Source: Gaiellales bacterium
Lineage (GTDB): Bacteria > Actinomycetota > Thermoleophilia > Gaiellales > F1-60-MAGs149
Assembly: GCA_038321545.1 (NCBI GenBank)
Contig: JBBQFB010000001.1
Span: forward strand, 5,239 to 69,238
DNA: 64,000 bases
Reading direction: 5' to 3'
Shown: positions 17,207 to 26,778 of the stretch, piece by piece
Numbering within the stretch: position 1 is the first letter of the stretch
Layout of the letters: each line of letters begins with the position of its first letter
The notes under the pieces: model-generated
What the model saw: only the letters and a program-made list of their open reading frames with translations
What the model was told of the DNA's origin: nothing
Database searches by the model: none
Translations under genes and position numbers: made by a program

Positions 17207-18901
17207 TCAGTGGAAGGCGTTCGTGATCGGCATCCGCCGGTCACGGCCGAACGCCTTCGGCTGCAGCTTCAGGCCGGGCGGAGCCTGCCGGCGCTTGTAC
17301 TCGGCGGTATCGACCAGCCGCGCGATCCGGTGTACCAGCGCGGCGTCGCCGAGGCCGAGCGCGACGATCTCATCGGGCGCCAGGTCGCGCTCGACGTAGG
17401 CCTCGAGGATCGGGTCGAGGACCGCGTAGGGCGGCAGGCTCTGGTCGTCGCGCTGGTCCTCGCGCAGCTCGGCGCTCGGCGGCCGGTCGATGATCGATAC
17501 CGGGATCCGTTCGCGGCCGGCCCGCTCGTTCAGCCACCGGCACAGCTCGAACACCCGCGTCTTCGGCACGTCCTTGATCGGCGCGAACCCGCCGGCGGAG
17601 TCGCCGTACAGCGTCGTGTAGCCGACGGCGGTCTCCGACTTGTTCGACGTCGTCAGCACGAGGTGGCCATGCTGGTTCGAGACCGTCATCAGGATCACGC
17701 CGCGGATGCGGGCCTGCACGTTCTCGGCCGCGATGCCGGTGGCGTCGGGCACGGCCTGCGCGAACGCGGCCCGGAGGTCCTCGATCGGCTGTTCGCGGAA
17801 GCCGACGCCGAGGCTCTCCGCCACGCGCCGTGCGTCGGACCGCGTCTCCGACACGTTGAAGCGCGTCGGCATCGAGATGGTGTCGACCCGATCGGCGCCG
17901 AGCGCGTCAGCTGCGAGCGCAGCGACCAGCGCCGAGTCGATGCCGCCGGACAGCCCGAGCAACACGCGCGTGAAACCGTTCTTGGTCGTGTAGTCGCGAA
18001 GCCCGACGCAGAGCGCTGCCCACAGGTCGGCGTTCCCCGACACGGGGTGCGGCGCAATGCGCGGCTCGAGTCGCGGCCGTGGCTGCGGCGGGTCGAACCG
18101 CACGCGCGGCACGAGTGGCTGACGGGTCTTTCCGCGGCGCAGGCGGGTGTCACGCAGGCGGGCGGAGACGGCGGCGCCGGGGTCGACCTCGCAGACCAGC
18201 ACCTCCTCCTCGAACGCCGCCGCGCGGGCGACGATGCCGCCGTCGGCGTCGACCACGACCGACCGGCCGTCGAACACCAGCTCGTCCTGGCCGCCCACGA
18301 GGTTGCAGTACGCGATGATGGACAGCTCGTCGCGGGCGCGCGTGCGCAGCATCTCCTCCCGCGCCAGGGCCTTGCCGACGTGGTACGGCGAGGACGAGAT
18401 GTTCAGGATCACCGTCGCGCCGCCGCGCGCCGCGCGACCGGCCGGGCCGTTGGACAGCCACAGGTCCTCGCAGACGGTGACGGCGCAGAGCGCTCCGCCG
18501 GCCTCGAACGCGAGCCCGTGCCGGCCCGGCGCGAACGTGCGCTCCTCGTCGAAGACCCCGTAGTTGGGCAGGTGCTGCTTGTCGTACCGGGCCTGGATCT
18601 CGCCGCCGGCGAGCAGGAACGCGGAGTTGTGGACGCGATCCCGGCCGAGCCACGGCGAGCCAACCAGCAGCGGCACGCCGATGCGGCCCGCGAGCGACTC
18701 CACCTCGCGCTGGCAGGCGCGCAGGAACGCCGCCCGGAACAGCAGGTCCTCCGGCGGGTAGCCGCTGATCGCGAGCTCGGGCGCGAGCACCAGATCGACG
18801 TCGTCGCGGACCAGGTCGGCGCACGCCTCGACGATCCGGTCGGCGTTGGCGGACACCGCGCCGACCTGCAGGTCGAGCTGGAGCAGCGCGAGTCGAAGCA
18901 C
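17207..18901 (-). CDS. nadE: glutamine-dependent NAD+ synthetase
   Basis: 564 aa; N-terminal CN-hydrolase domain, C-terminal PP-loop GLSGGIDSA. Confidence 0.9.
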   Translation of the reverse strand: MLRLALLQLDLQVGAVSANADRIVEACADLVRDDVDLVLAPELAISGYPPEDLLFRAAFLRACQREVESLAGRIGVPLLVGSPWLGRDRVHNSAFLLAGGEIQARYDKQHLPNYGVFDEERTFAPGRHGLAFEAGGALCAVTVCEDLWLSNGPAGRAARGGATVILNISSSPYHVGKALAREEMLRTRARDELSIIAYCNLVGGQDELVFDGRSVVVDADGGIVARAAAFEEEVLVCEVDPGAAVSARLRDTRLRRGKTRQPLVPRVRFDPPQPRPRLEPRIAPHPVSGNADLWAALCVGLRDYTTKNGFTRVLLGLSGGIDSALVAALAADALGADRVDTISMPTRFNVSETRSDARRVAESLGVGFREQPIEDLRAAFAQAVPDATGIAAENVQARIRGVILMTVSNQHGHLVLTTSNKSETAVGYTTLYGDSAGGFAPIKDVPKTRVFELCRWLNERAGRERIPVSIIDRPPSAELREDQRDDQSLPPYAVLDPILEAYVERDLAPDEIVALGLGDAALVHRIARLVDTAEYKRRQAPPGLKLQPKAFGRDRRMPITNAFH

Positions 18902-18910
18902 CGCGGAATC

Positions 18911-19765
18911 CTATTCGTGCCGGACGCCGGCGAGCGCAGCGACGACGCCCGCGTCGAGCGCGATGGCGTGCGTGAGGGCCGCCGCCTCCGGCGTCTTCGG
19001 GCGACCGCCCGAGATGCAGTGCACGAGCGGCAGGAGGCGCTCGCGCGGCGTGCGGAGACGGTGCGCCTCGCGCTCCACGCGGCGAAGCGACAGCAGCGGG
19101 ACGCCGAGCAGGCGCCCCTCCTCGCCGAGCTGCAGCGCGACGCCGGGCAGGAACGCGTCGGCCGCGCCGACGCAGAACGTGAGCGCCGCAGCGGCGACGA
19201 CGGACTCGTCGAGCCGCGGGTGCAGCTGGCACGTCTCGCGGCAGAGGCTGGCGACGGCGATCGTGTGCTGGATGGCACCGCCCGCGTAGGCGTGGTGGCC
19301 GTCGACCGTCACCGGCGCCTGGCGGACGAGCGTCCGGAACCGAGCGTCGGCGTAGACACCCTCGACGACCGGCCGCAGCGTGCTGTCGTGGATCTCGCCG
19401 ATCAGGAACTCGAGGAAGCCCTCCAGGTCCTCCGTGTCGCGGCGCGCGCCGGGCACGTAGACCAGCGGGTCACCGGCCTCGACCCTCTCGACGGAGCGGA
19501 CGACGATCTGGACGCGGCCTCGGTACTCCTCGACCGCGCCCAGCACCCGCACCGTGTCGCCCTGTGCGAAGCGCCCGTCGAGCAGCGGCACGTCGTCGAA
19601 GCAGACGGCTCGGACGCGGCCCGTGCGGTCGCCGAGCTCGAGCGAGAGAAACGCCGCGCCCGTCCGCGCGCGCCGCACGTCCTTGCGGAGGACCGCGAAG
19701 GTCGAGTCGACGAGGCGGCCCGCGACGAGGTCGCGGATCCACGTCTTGGACTCGACGTCCGGCAT
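18911..19765 (-). CDS. OB-fold plus HD-domain protein, YhaM-like 3'-5' exoribonuclease family
   Basis: 284 aa; N-terminal OB-fold pattern, DGHHAYAGGAIQHTIAV. Confidence 0.7.
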   Translation of the reverse strand: MPDVESKTWIRDLVAGRLVDSTFAVLRKDVRRARTGAAFLSLELGDRTGRVRAVCFDDVPLLDGRFAQGDTVRVLGAVEEYRGRVQIVVRSVERVEAGDPLVYVPGARRDTEDLEGFLEFLIGEIHDSTLRPVVEGVYADARFRTLVRQAPVTVDGHHAYAGGAIQHTIAVASLCRETCQLHPRLDESVVAAAALTFCVGAADAFLPGVALQLGEEGRLLGVPLLSLRRVEREAHRLRTPRERLLPLVHCISGGRPKTPEAAALTHAIALDAGVVAALAGVRHE

Positions 19766-19812
19766 GGGCCGAGTCTACCCGGACACCTGTGGAGGAGGGT
19801 TACGATCCGCCG

Positions 19813-21024
19813 GTGACGCCACGGGCTGGGGCAACGGTGCGGCCCTTCCGGGCGTTGCACTTCGATCAGGAGAAGGTGCCGATCGCCGATGCGATCGCGC
19901 CGCCGTTCGATGTGGTCAGCGACGTCCAGGCGCGGGCGCTGGCGGCGCGCTCGCCGTTCAACATGGTGCACCTGATCCTGCCCGGCCCCGGGCAGGAGCG
20001 CCACGTGCACGAACAGATCTGCGCGTGGCGGCGCGACGGCGCGCTGGTGCTGGACACCGAGCCCGCCTACTACTGGCTCGAGGAGCAGTACACCGCTCCG
20101 GACGGCACCCGGCGCACGCGGGGCGGGTTCATCGGGCTCGTCCACATCGAGCCGTACGATCGGCACATCGTGCTGCGCCACGAGCGGGTTCGGGAGGTGC
20201 CCGTCGCCGGCCGCCTCGACCTGCTGCGCGCGACCCGCGCCCACCTGTCCCCCATCTTCGGCGTGTACCACGACGCCGAACACCGGGCCGAGCTGGCGCT
20301 GCTCGCAGGGCGCGACCCCGAGCCGATGTTCGACGTGACGGGCGACGACGGCACCCGGCACAAGCTGTGGCGGTGCCGCACCGGGCACGCCCAGGTGGCG
20401 GCTGCGCTCGCGGAGTCGACGGTGCTGGTCGCAGACGGGCACCACCGCTACGAGACGGCGCTGCGGTACGCGCAGGAGCGCGGAGCGGACGACGAGCGGG
20501 CGGCCTTCCTGCCGGTGTACCTCGCGAACGCCGACGACGGTCTCGTCATCTACCCGACGCACCGCATCGTCTCGGGCGTGCCCGACGCGCTGCAGGCCGG
20601 GCTCGCCGGCGCGCTGCGCGACCAGGGTCTCGACGTGTCGGAGGCCACCGATCCCGAGGCCGCGCTGGCCGGCGTGCAGGGGCGATCCGCCCTGGTCGTG
20701 GTACGCGAGTGGCGTCCGGCGCTGCTCGCGCAGGGAGACCCGGGCGTGGACTCGGCCCTCGCGCAGGACGCGCTGCTCGGCCCGATCCTGGGGCTCGACG
20801 CGGCGGCCGTCTCGCGCACCGACCGCATCAGCTACAGCCACCGGGCGGACGAGGCGATCGCGCGGGCCAAGGGCGATACGATCGCGATCCTGCTGCGGGC
20901 ACCGACCATCGCCCAGGTCGAGGAGACGGCGCTCGGGTCGCGGACGATGCCGCAGAAGTCGACCTACTTCTATCCGAAGACCGTCGACGGGCTCGTGTTC
21001 TACGGCCTCGACGACTGCACCTGA
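19813..21024 (+). CDS. DUF1015 family protein
   Basis: Track ORF 19564.. trimmed to in-frame GTG 19813 (alternative GTG 19837, VRPFRALHF); APPFDVVSD, ADGHHRYETAL. Confidence 0.75.
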   Translation: MTPRAGATVRPFRALHFDQEKVPIADAIAPPFDVVSDVQARALAARSPFNMVHLILPGPGQERHVHEQICAWRRDGALVLDTEPAYYWLEEQYTAPDGTRRTRGGFIGLVHIEPYDRHIVLRHERVREVPVAGRLDLLRATRAHLSPIFGVYHDAEHRAELALLAGRDPEPMFDVTGDDGTRHKLWRCRTGHAQVAAALAESTVLVADGHHRYETALRYAQERGADDERAAFLPVYLANADDGLVIYPTHRIVSGVPDALQAGLAGALRDQGLDVSEATDPEAALAGVQGRSALVVVREWRPALLAQGDPGVDSALAQDALLGPILGLDAAAVSRTDRISYSHRADEAIARAKGDTIAILLRAPTIAQVEETALGSRTMPQKSTYFYPKTVDGLVFYGLDDCT

Positions 21025-21068
21025 CGCGGGCTGACCGGCGGCGGCCCGCGGTGTCGTACCCTTCGGTC

Positions 21069-22211
21069 ATGGCGCTGCCCCCCGAGTCCGCGATCATCGA
21101 GGCGCTCTCCCGGGTCCAGGACCCGGAGCTGCGACGGAGCCTGACCGAGCTCGAGATGGTGCGACACGTCGAGATCTCCGACGACGGCGTCGTGTCGGTG
21201 CTGATCGCGCTGACCGTCCCCGGCTGCCCGCTAAAGGCCAAGATCGAAGGCGATATCACCGCCGAGCTGCGCCACATCGACGGCGTGACCGGCGTCGCGG
21301 TGGCGTTCACGCACATGACCGAGGAGGAGCGCGCCGCGCTCGGCACCCGGCTGCGCGGCGGCGCGGACACCGGCGGTGCGAAGCGCGAGAAGAAGGGCCT
21401 CGCGATCGACAACCGCACGCGGGTGATCGCCGTGGCGTCCGGCAAGGGCGGCGTCGGCAAGTCGTCGCTGACCGTCAACCTCGCGATCGCGCTGCGAGCC
21501 CAGGGCCACGAGGTCGGCATCATCGACGCCGACATCTACGGGTTCTCCATTCCGGGCATGCTCGGCATCGACCAGCGGCCGGTGACGTTCGACGGCATGA
21601 TCCTGCCGCCCGTCGCGCACGAGGTGAAGACGATCTCGATCGGCTACTTCCTCGATGACGAGGGCGCCGTCATGTGGCGCGGGCCGATGCTGCACCGAGC
21701 GCTCGAGCAGTTCATGACCGACGTGCACTGGGGCGGCATCGACTACCTGCTGATCGACATGCCACCCGGCACCGGCGACATCGCGATCTCGCTCGGCCAG
21801 CTGTTCACCGAGGCCGGCCGCAAGGTCGAGTCGATCATCGTGACGACGCCGAACCAGGCCGCGCAACGCGTCGCCGAGCGTGCGGCGGCGGTTGCGCACC
21901 GCATGAAGATGGAGATCGCAGGCGTCGTCGAGAACATGAGCTACCGCGTCTGCCCGTGCTGCGGCGAGCGCGACGAGGTGTTCGGCGCCGGCGGCGGCGA
22001 GGCGCTGGCCGCCAAGATCGGTGTCCCGTTGCTGGCGCAGATCCCGCTCGAGCCCGCTGTCCGCGCCGGCGGCGACACCGGTGTGCCCGTGATGGTGACC
22101 GAGCCGGACTCGCCGGCATCGCTCGCGATCGCCGAGCTGGCCCGGCAGCTGGTGCGCACCGGCAAGCCGGATCCGGCGCAGCGCATGACCCGCCGCCTGC
22201 AGGTCCTCTAG
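21069..22211 (+). CDS. Mrp/NBP35 (ApbC) family Fe-S cluster carrier ATPase with N-terminal DUF59
   Basis: Last 380 codons of track ORF 19554..22211 from ATG 21069 (MALPPESAIIEALSRVQDPEL); ASGKGGVGKSS; CPCCG. Confidence 0.88.
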   Translation: MALPPESAIIEALSRVQDPELRRSLTELEMVRHVEISDDGVVSVLIALTVPGCPLKAKIEGDITAELRHIDGVTGVAVAFTHMTEEERAALGTRLRGGADTGGAKREKKGLAIDNRTRVIAVASGKGGVGKSSLTVNLAIALRAQGHEVGIIDADIYGFSIPGMLGIDQRPVTFDGMILPPVAHEVKTISIGYFLDDEGAVMWRGPMLHRALEQFMTDVHWGGIDYLLIDMPPGTGDIAISLGQLFTEAGRKVESIIVTTPNQAAQRVAERAAAVAHRMKMEIAGVVENMSYRVCPCCGERDEVFGAGGGEALAAKIGVPLLAQIPLEPAVRAGGDTGVPVMVTEPDSPASLAIAELARQLVRTGKPDPAQRMTRRLQVL

Positions 22212-22263
22212 CTCACCCTTCGGAGGGACGCCGCGCGGCATCCCCCTTTCCGATGGTCTTAGG

Positions 22264-23337
22264 GTGATCGACGAGCTGAACACTCTCGCCCTGATGCGGG
22301 CCCGCGACCAGGGGCGAGCGCTGCTCGCCACGGTCCGCCGGGCCATGATCGAGGTCGAGCGCCCCGCGCGCCACGCTCTGGTGTGCCTCCTCGCCGACGG
22401 GCATCTCCTGATCGAGGACGTCCCCGGCGTCGGCAAGACGACGCTGGCGCGCATCATCGCGCGGGCCATCGGCGGCCACGACTCGCGCATCCAGTGCACC
22501 GCCGACCTGGTGCCGTCCGACATCATCGGCATCGAGATCCGGTCCGACAATCCGGCGTTGCGGCCGCACGTGTTCGATCCGGGCCCGCTGTTCGCGAACG
22601 CGGTCGTGCTGGACGAGGTCAACCGCGCGACGCCGAAGCTCCAGGCGGCGCTGTTCGAGGCGATGGAGGAGCGGTTCGTCTCGGTCGCCAAGAAGCGCCA
22701 TCCGTTGCCGCGCCCGTTCTTCGTGGTGGCGACGATGAACCCGTATAACCCGGAGGAGGACACCTTCCGGCTCGCCCACGGCCAGCGCGACCGGTTCGCG
22801 ATCGCGACCGCGATCGGCTACCCGTCGGAGCGCGGCGAGGTCGACCTGCTCGACCGGTTCGCCGGGTACGACGCGCTCGCCGATATCGATCCGATCGTGG
22901 CGCCGGGCGACGTCGTCAAGGTGCAGCGTGGCGTCGCGCTCGTGCACGTGCCGGACATCGCGCGGGAGTACATCGTCAAGCTGGTGCGCGCGACGCGTGA
23001 CTTCGAGGGCGTCAACGTCGGCGCCTCGCCGCGCGCCGCGCTGTCGCTGCAGCGGTGCTGCCAGGCGCTCGCGCTGATCTCCGACTCCACCGAGGTGCAG
23101 CCCGACCACGTGCAGGAGCTGTTCGTGCCGTGCCTCGCGCACCGCATGCAGTTCCTGCCGGGCGTCGACGCCAACGCGACCGCGCAGGCCATCCTGGAGT
23201 CGGTGACGGCCCCCGCGTGGAAGAAGCCGAAGCTGGTCGCTGCCGTCGACGACCTCCTCGAAGCGCATGTGCCGGCGCCGCTGTCGGCCGACCTGCCGGG
23301 CGTCAGCCGCCTGCAGCGCCGCCTCGAAGGCGGCTGA
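22264..23337 (+). CDS. MoxR-family AAA+ ATPase
   Basis: 357 aa; Walker A GVPGVGKTT, Walker B VVLDEVNRA, ATMNP. Confidence 0.88.
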   Translation: MIDELNTLALMRARDQGRALLATVRRAMIEVERPARHALVCLLADGHLLIEDVPGVGKTTLARIIARAIGGHDSRIQCTADLVPSDIIGIEIRSDNPALRPHVFDPGPLFANAVVLDEVNRATPKLQAALFEAMEERFVSVAKKRHPLPRPFFVVATMNPYNPEEDTFRLAHGQRDRFAIATAIGYPSERGEVDLLDRFAGYDALADIDPIVAPGDVVKVQRGVALVHVPDIAREYIVKLVRATRDFEGVNVGASPRAALSLQRCCQALALISDSTEVQPDHVQELFVPCLAHRMQFLPGVDANATAQAILESVTAPAWKKPKLVAAVDDLLEAHVPAPLSADLPGVSRLQRRLEGG

Positions 23338-23410
23338 GCCGCGCCGACAAGAGGCGAGGCTCATTGCAGACCCCGCAGCGCACACCGCCGGCGTTTGGCG
23401 AAAATCGCGA

Positions 23411-23450
23411 GGGTCTGACCCCCGTGGCCGGGCGTTTCGGGGTCAGACCC
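23411..23450. other. perfect 12-bp inverted repeat (GGGTCTGACCCC / GGGGTCAGACCC) with 16-nt loop in a 338-bp non-coding spacer
   Basis: Arms 23411-23422 and 23439-23450 counted from the MoxR stop; no convincing U-tract on either strand. Confidence 0.6.
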
Positions 23451-23675
23451 CAGAACGCAATGTGCCGGAAGGCGCGCATCTTGACCGATCTGTCGCACGG
23501 CGTTCTGTTACGGCGCGGAGCGAGACGACCGGGTGCGTTGGAGCCGTGGTGGACTGGCGGGGTGCAATCTGCACAGCGATTGCCAGCGCCGGCCCGGATC
23601 CGGTTCGGCGCCGGCGACCGGCACCTACGGCGCACCTCGTCGACCGCCGGGGCGCCCATCGCAGACGCCGACTGG

Positions 23676-24389
23676 CTAGAACGACTGGCGGTCGCCCGGC
23701 CGCAGCGGATACACCGTCACGCCCTGCAGGCCAAGCTTCGCAATCTCCTCCTGCACCGCCTCCGGCGTGCCCGTCAGCGCAGGGAACGTCCCCCAATGGC
23801 CCCCCATCACATGCTTCACGCCCAGCAGGCGCACCGCGTGGGCGGCCTCGAGCGGGCCCATCGTGTACATGTCCCCGATCGGGAGAATCGCGACGTCGGG
23901 CCGGTAGATCTCGCCGATCAGAGCCATGTCGGAGAACACGCAGGTATCGCCGGCCTGATAGACGCGGAACCCGTCGGCGAACGTGATCACGAACCCGGCC
24001 GGCTCGCCGCCGTAGCCGACGACCGCCTCACCGTCGACGATGCTGCCCGAGTGGATCGCGTGCGTCATCGTGAATCGGATCCCGAGCTGCTCGACGGTGC
24101 CGCCGGTGTTGAAGCCGACGACGTCCACGCCCTTGCCGCCGAAGTGCATTGCGAGCTCGTACTTGGCGAGCACCGGGCACCCGTGCTTGGCATGCACGGC
24201 CTCGACATCGGCGATGTGATCGCCGTGGCCATGGGTCAGTAGCACGAGGTCGACGCGCTGCGGATCGCGCAGCGCTTCGGGAATGGTCGGAGCCGTCAGC
24301 CACGGGTCGACGAGGACGTGCGTGCCATCCGCGGTCGTGTGACCCCACGTGCCGTGGCCATACCAGGTGATCTCGACGCTGCTCCCCAT
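23676..24389 (-). CDS. MBL-fold metal-dependent hydrolase (UPF0173-like)
   Basis: Trimmed to Met13 (MGSSVEITWYGHGTW); LLTHGHGDH. Confidence 0.8.
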   Translation of the reverse strand: MGSSVEITWYGHGTWGHTTADGTHVLVDPWLTAPTIPEALRDPQRVDLVLLTHGHGDHIADVEAVHAKHGCPVLAKYELAMHFGGKGVDVVGFNTGGTVEQLGIRFTMTHAIHSGSIVDGEAVVGYGGEPAGFVITFADGFRVYQAGDTCVFSDMALIGEIYRPDVAILPIGDMYTMGPLEAAHAVRLLGVKHVMGGHWGTFPALTGTPEAVQEEIAKLGLQGVTVYPLRPGDRQSF

Positions 24390-24434
24390 CGCGAAGCTCC
24401 TCCTCGACCGTTTCGGCAGGAGCATACTTCCGCC

Positions 24435-25313
24435 GTGACCGGGAGCCAGTACGGGGGAACCGAGGGTCAGGTGCGCCGTGCACTGGACGGCGTGTACGAG
24501 CGGCTCGACCCCGGAGACGCGCTGTGGCGCTGCACGGCCGGGCCGTACCGCACACCCGTCGCTGTCGTCGTCGCGGACGGCCCGGTGGTCGTGTCCCGCG
24601 CCACCGTGCTACCCGCCGCGGAGCTGACCGGCCCACTGGCGCGGGCCGTCGTGATCGAACATGACACGCTGCTGTTCGGCCGGTTCGCTCAGGCCGACGG
24701 CGCGATCCGGGTCGAGCACGCCATCGTCGGCGGCCACACGATGAACGAGCAGGAGGTTCGGATCGCGGTGTGGGCCGTCGGCTGGGCCGCCGGCGCGTAC
24801 CGGCCGCGCTGGGAGCGGCACCTCGCGGGGGAGGTGCTGACAGGCGGCGAGCCGGTGCCCGGCGTCGCTGCACGCCGCGGGGCCGAGGAGCGCGTGGCCT
24901 CCACGCAGGCGCGGGTCGAGCGGTTCCTGAAGGAGGAGCACGGGGGATTCGCGTACGACGAGGCGTGGGGCTACCACGGTCCGTTCGGATCGACGCGGGT
25001 GTTCGTGTCGGTGCGCCACGTGCTCGAGACGTCGACCGCCGTGCTGGTCGCCTCGCCCGTGCTGTCGGGCGTCGAGCTCACCGACGCGCTCGCCCTGGAC
25101 GTCGCCGAGCTGACCGCGGCGCGCTCCTTCGGCCGGTTCGCCTACGCGGCCGAGCGGTCGGAGCTATGGGCGGAGCACGCCATCCTCGGCGACGACCTCG
25201 ATCCGGAGGAGCTGGCGGCGGCCATCACTGCCGTCGCAGAGCTGGGCGACGGCGAGGACGACCGGCTGCAGGCCGCGCACGGCGGCCGCCGCTACGCCGA
25301 CCTCACCCGCTGA
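24435..25313 (+). CDS. hypothetical protein with two YbjN/T3SS-chaperone-like repeats
   Basis: Trimmed to in-frame GTG 24435; internal duplication visible (LLFGRFAQADGAIRVEHAIVGG.. vs RSFGRFAYAAERSELWAEHAILGD..). Confidence 0.5.
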   Translation: MTGSQYGGTEGQVRRALDGVYERLDPGDALWRCTAGPYRTPVAVVVADGPVVVSRATVLPAAELTGPLARAVVIEHDTLLFGRFAQADGAIRVEHAIVGGHTMNEQEVRIAVWAVGWAAGAYRPRWERHLAGEVLTGGEPVPGVAARRGAEERVASTQARVERFLKEEHGGFAYDEAWGYHGPFGSTRVFVSVRHVLETSTAVLVASPVLSGVELTDALALDVAELTAARSFGRFAYAAERSELWAEHAILGDDLDPEELAAAITAVAELGDGEDDRLQAAHGGRRYADLTR

Positions 25314-25314
25314 C

Positions 25315-26778
25315 CTACGGCGCCGCGAGCAGCGTCGAGGCGGCCGCGCCGGCCCAGTCCAGCACATCGGGCGGATACACGCCCAGCCAGACGATCACGG
25401 CGACGGCCAGCACCGCGCAGAGGCCGCCCCACGCAGTGCCCGGCGCCGCCGGCAGCATCGCGCTCGACTCGCGGCTGCGGTCGTACAGCGCGAGGCCGAT
25501 GCGCAGGTAGTACCCGAGGCTGATCACGGTCGACGCGACGCCGACGATGGCGAGGTAGGTGTAGTCCGCATCGACCGCGGCGGCGAACAGGTAGAACTTC
25601 GCGAGGAAGCCGGCGGTCGGCGGGAAGCCGCCCAGCGACAGCAGGAAGATCGCGAGCGACGCGCCCAGGACGGGCCTCGAGAAGCCCCATCCGCGGAGCG
25701 ACTCGAGGGTCGCCGGCTCGCCGGTCTCGCGCTCGCGGATCGCGACGACCGTGAACGCGCCGACGCTGGTCACGGCGTACACGGCGAGGTAGAACAGCAG
25801 CGCCTTCGCGCCCGCCTCACCCGACACGACCGCCATCAGCAGGTAGCCCGCGTGACCGACGGACGAGTACGCGAGGATCCGCTTCAGGTTCGTCTGCCGC
25901 AGCGCGGCGATGTTGGCGAACAGCATCGTGATGATCGACGCGGCCGCCAGCGCGGGCCGCCAGACGTCGCCCATCGCGGGCAGCGCCTGCACCAGCACGC
26001 GGAACAGGGCCGCGAAGGCCGCCGCCTTGGTGGCGGCCGACATGAACGCGGTCACCGGCGTCGGCGCGCCCTCGTACACGTCGGGCGTCCACATGTGGAA
26101 CGGGACGACCGCGATCTTGAACCCGAGCCCCGCCAGCACCAGCGCCGTGCCCGCCAGCGCGAGCAAGCTGTGCGGATCATGCGCGACGCCCTTCGCGACC
26201 GCGGGGAAGTCGAACGAGCCGGTCGCTCCGTACAGGAACGCTGCGCCGTACAGGAGGATCGCAGAGCCGATCGAGCCGAGCACGAGATACTTGAGCCCGG
26301 CCTCGAGGGAGGCCGAGCTGCGGGTCTCGAATGCGCACAGCGCGTACAGCGAGATCGAGAACATCTCGAGCGTGACGAACAGCGAGATGAACGAGTTGGA
26401 CGCCGCGAGCAGGTCCATGCCGGCTGCGGCGACCAGCAGGAAGGCGACGAACTCCGGCCCGTGCTCGCGCAGCCGCGACCAGCCGTAGGCGCCCATCAGC
26501 GTCAGCAGGCCGGAGCCGGCCACGATCACGCGGACGACGTTCGCGAACCGGTCGACGATGAACTGGTCCTGGAGGACGTTCCAGGCACCGCCGCCGTAGT
26601 CCCAGATCACGCCGACGGCGACCAGCGAGCCGATGAAGCAGCCCATGCCGACGAACATCGCGAGGTCCCGGGCCCGGCGATCGCGCACGGCGACCGCGGC
26701 CAGCAGCAGGAACCCGGCGCCGCCGAGCAGGATCAGGTCGGGCGCAAGGGCGCTCCACTGGACGTGCGGGATCGTCAC
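25315..26778 (-). CDS. nuoN: NADH-quinone oxidoreductase subunit N
   Basis: 487 aa polytopic antiporter-like subunit; last gene of the nuo operon; GTG start overlapping the nuoM stop (GTGA). Confidence 0.9.
   Translation of the reverse strand: MTIPHVQWSALAPDLILLGGAGFLLLAAVAVRDRRARDLAMFVGMGCFIGSLVAVGVIWDYGGGAWNVLQDQFIVDRFANVVRVIVAGSGLLTLMGAYGWSRLREHGPEFVAFLLVAAAGMDLLAASNSFISLFVTLEMFSISLYALCAFETRSSASLEAGLKYLVLGSIGSAILLYGAAFLYGATGSFDFPAVAKGVAHDPHSLLALAGTALVLAGLGFKIAVVPFHMWTPDVYEGAPTPVTAFMSAATKAAAFAALFRVLVQALPAMGDVWRPALAAASIITMLFANIAALRQTNLKRILAYSSVGHAGYLLMAVVSGEAGAKALLFYLAVYAVTSVGAFTVVAIRERETGEPATLESLRGWGFSRPVLGASLAIFLLSLGGFPPTAGFLAKFYLFAAAVDADYTYLAIVGVASTVISLGYYLRIGLALYDRSRESSAMLPAAPGTAWGGLCAVLAVAVIVWLGVYPPDVLDWAGAAASTLLAAP

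Noticed and set aside
17210-19816. 868-aa plus-strand ORF
   Set aside because: It is antisense to nadE and the YhaM-like gene, Arg/Asp/Ala-rich, and has no recognisable domain.
19554-21068. N-terminal 505 codons of the 885-aa ORF that ends as Mrp/ApbC
   Set aside because: This is an Arg/Pro/Ala-rich out-of-frame read-through of the DUF1015 gene. Recognisable Mrp sequence starts only at ATG 21069 (DUF59 domain).
23461-23476. SRP (4.5S) RNA-like motif gtgccggaaggcgcgc
   Set aside because: Only the CCGGAAGG core matches. The flanking conserved AGCAGC and the symmetric-loop context of SRP domain IV are absent.
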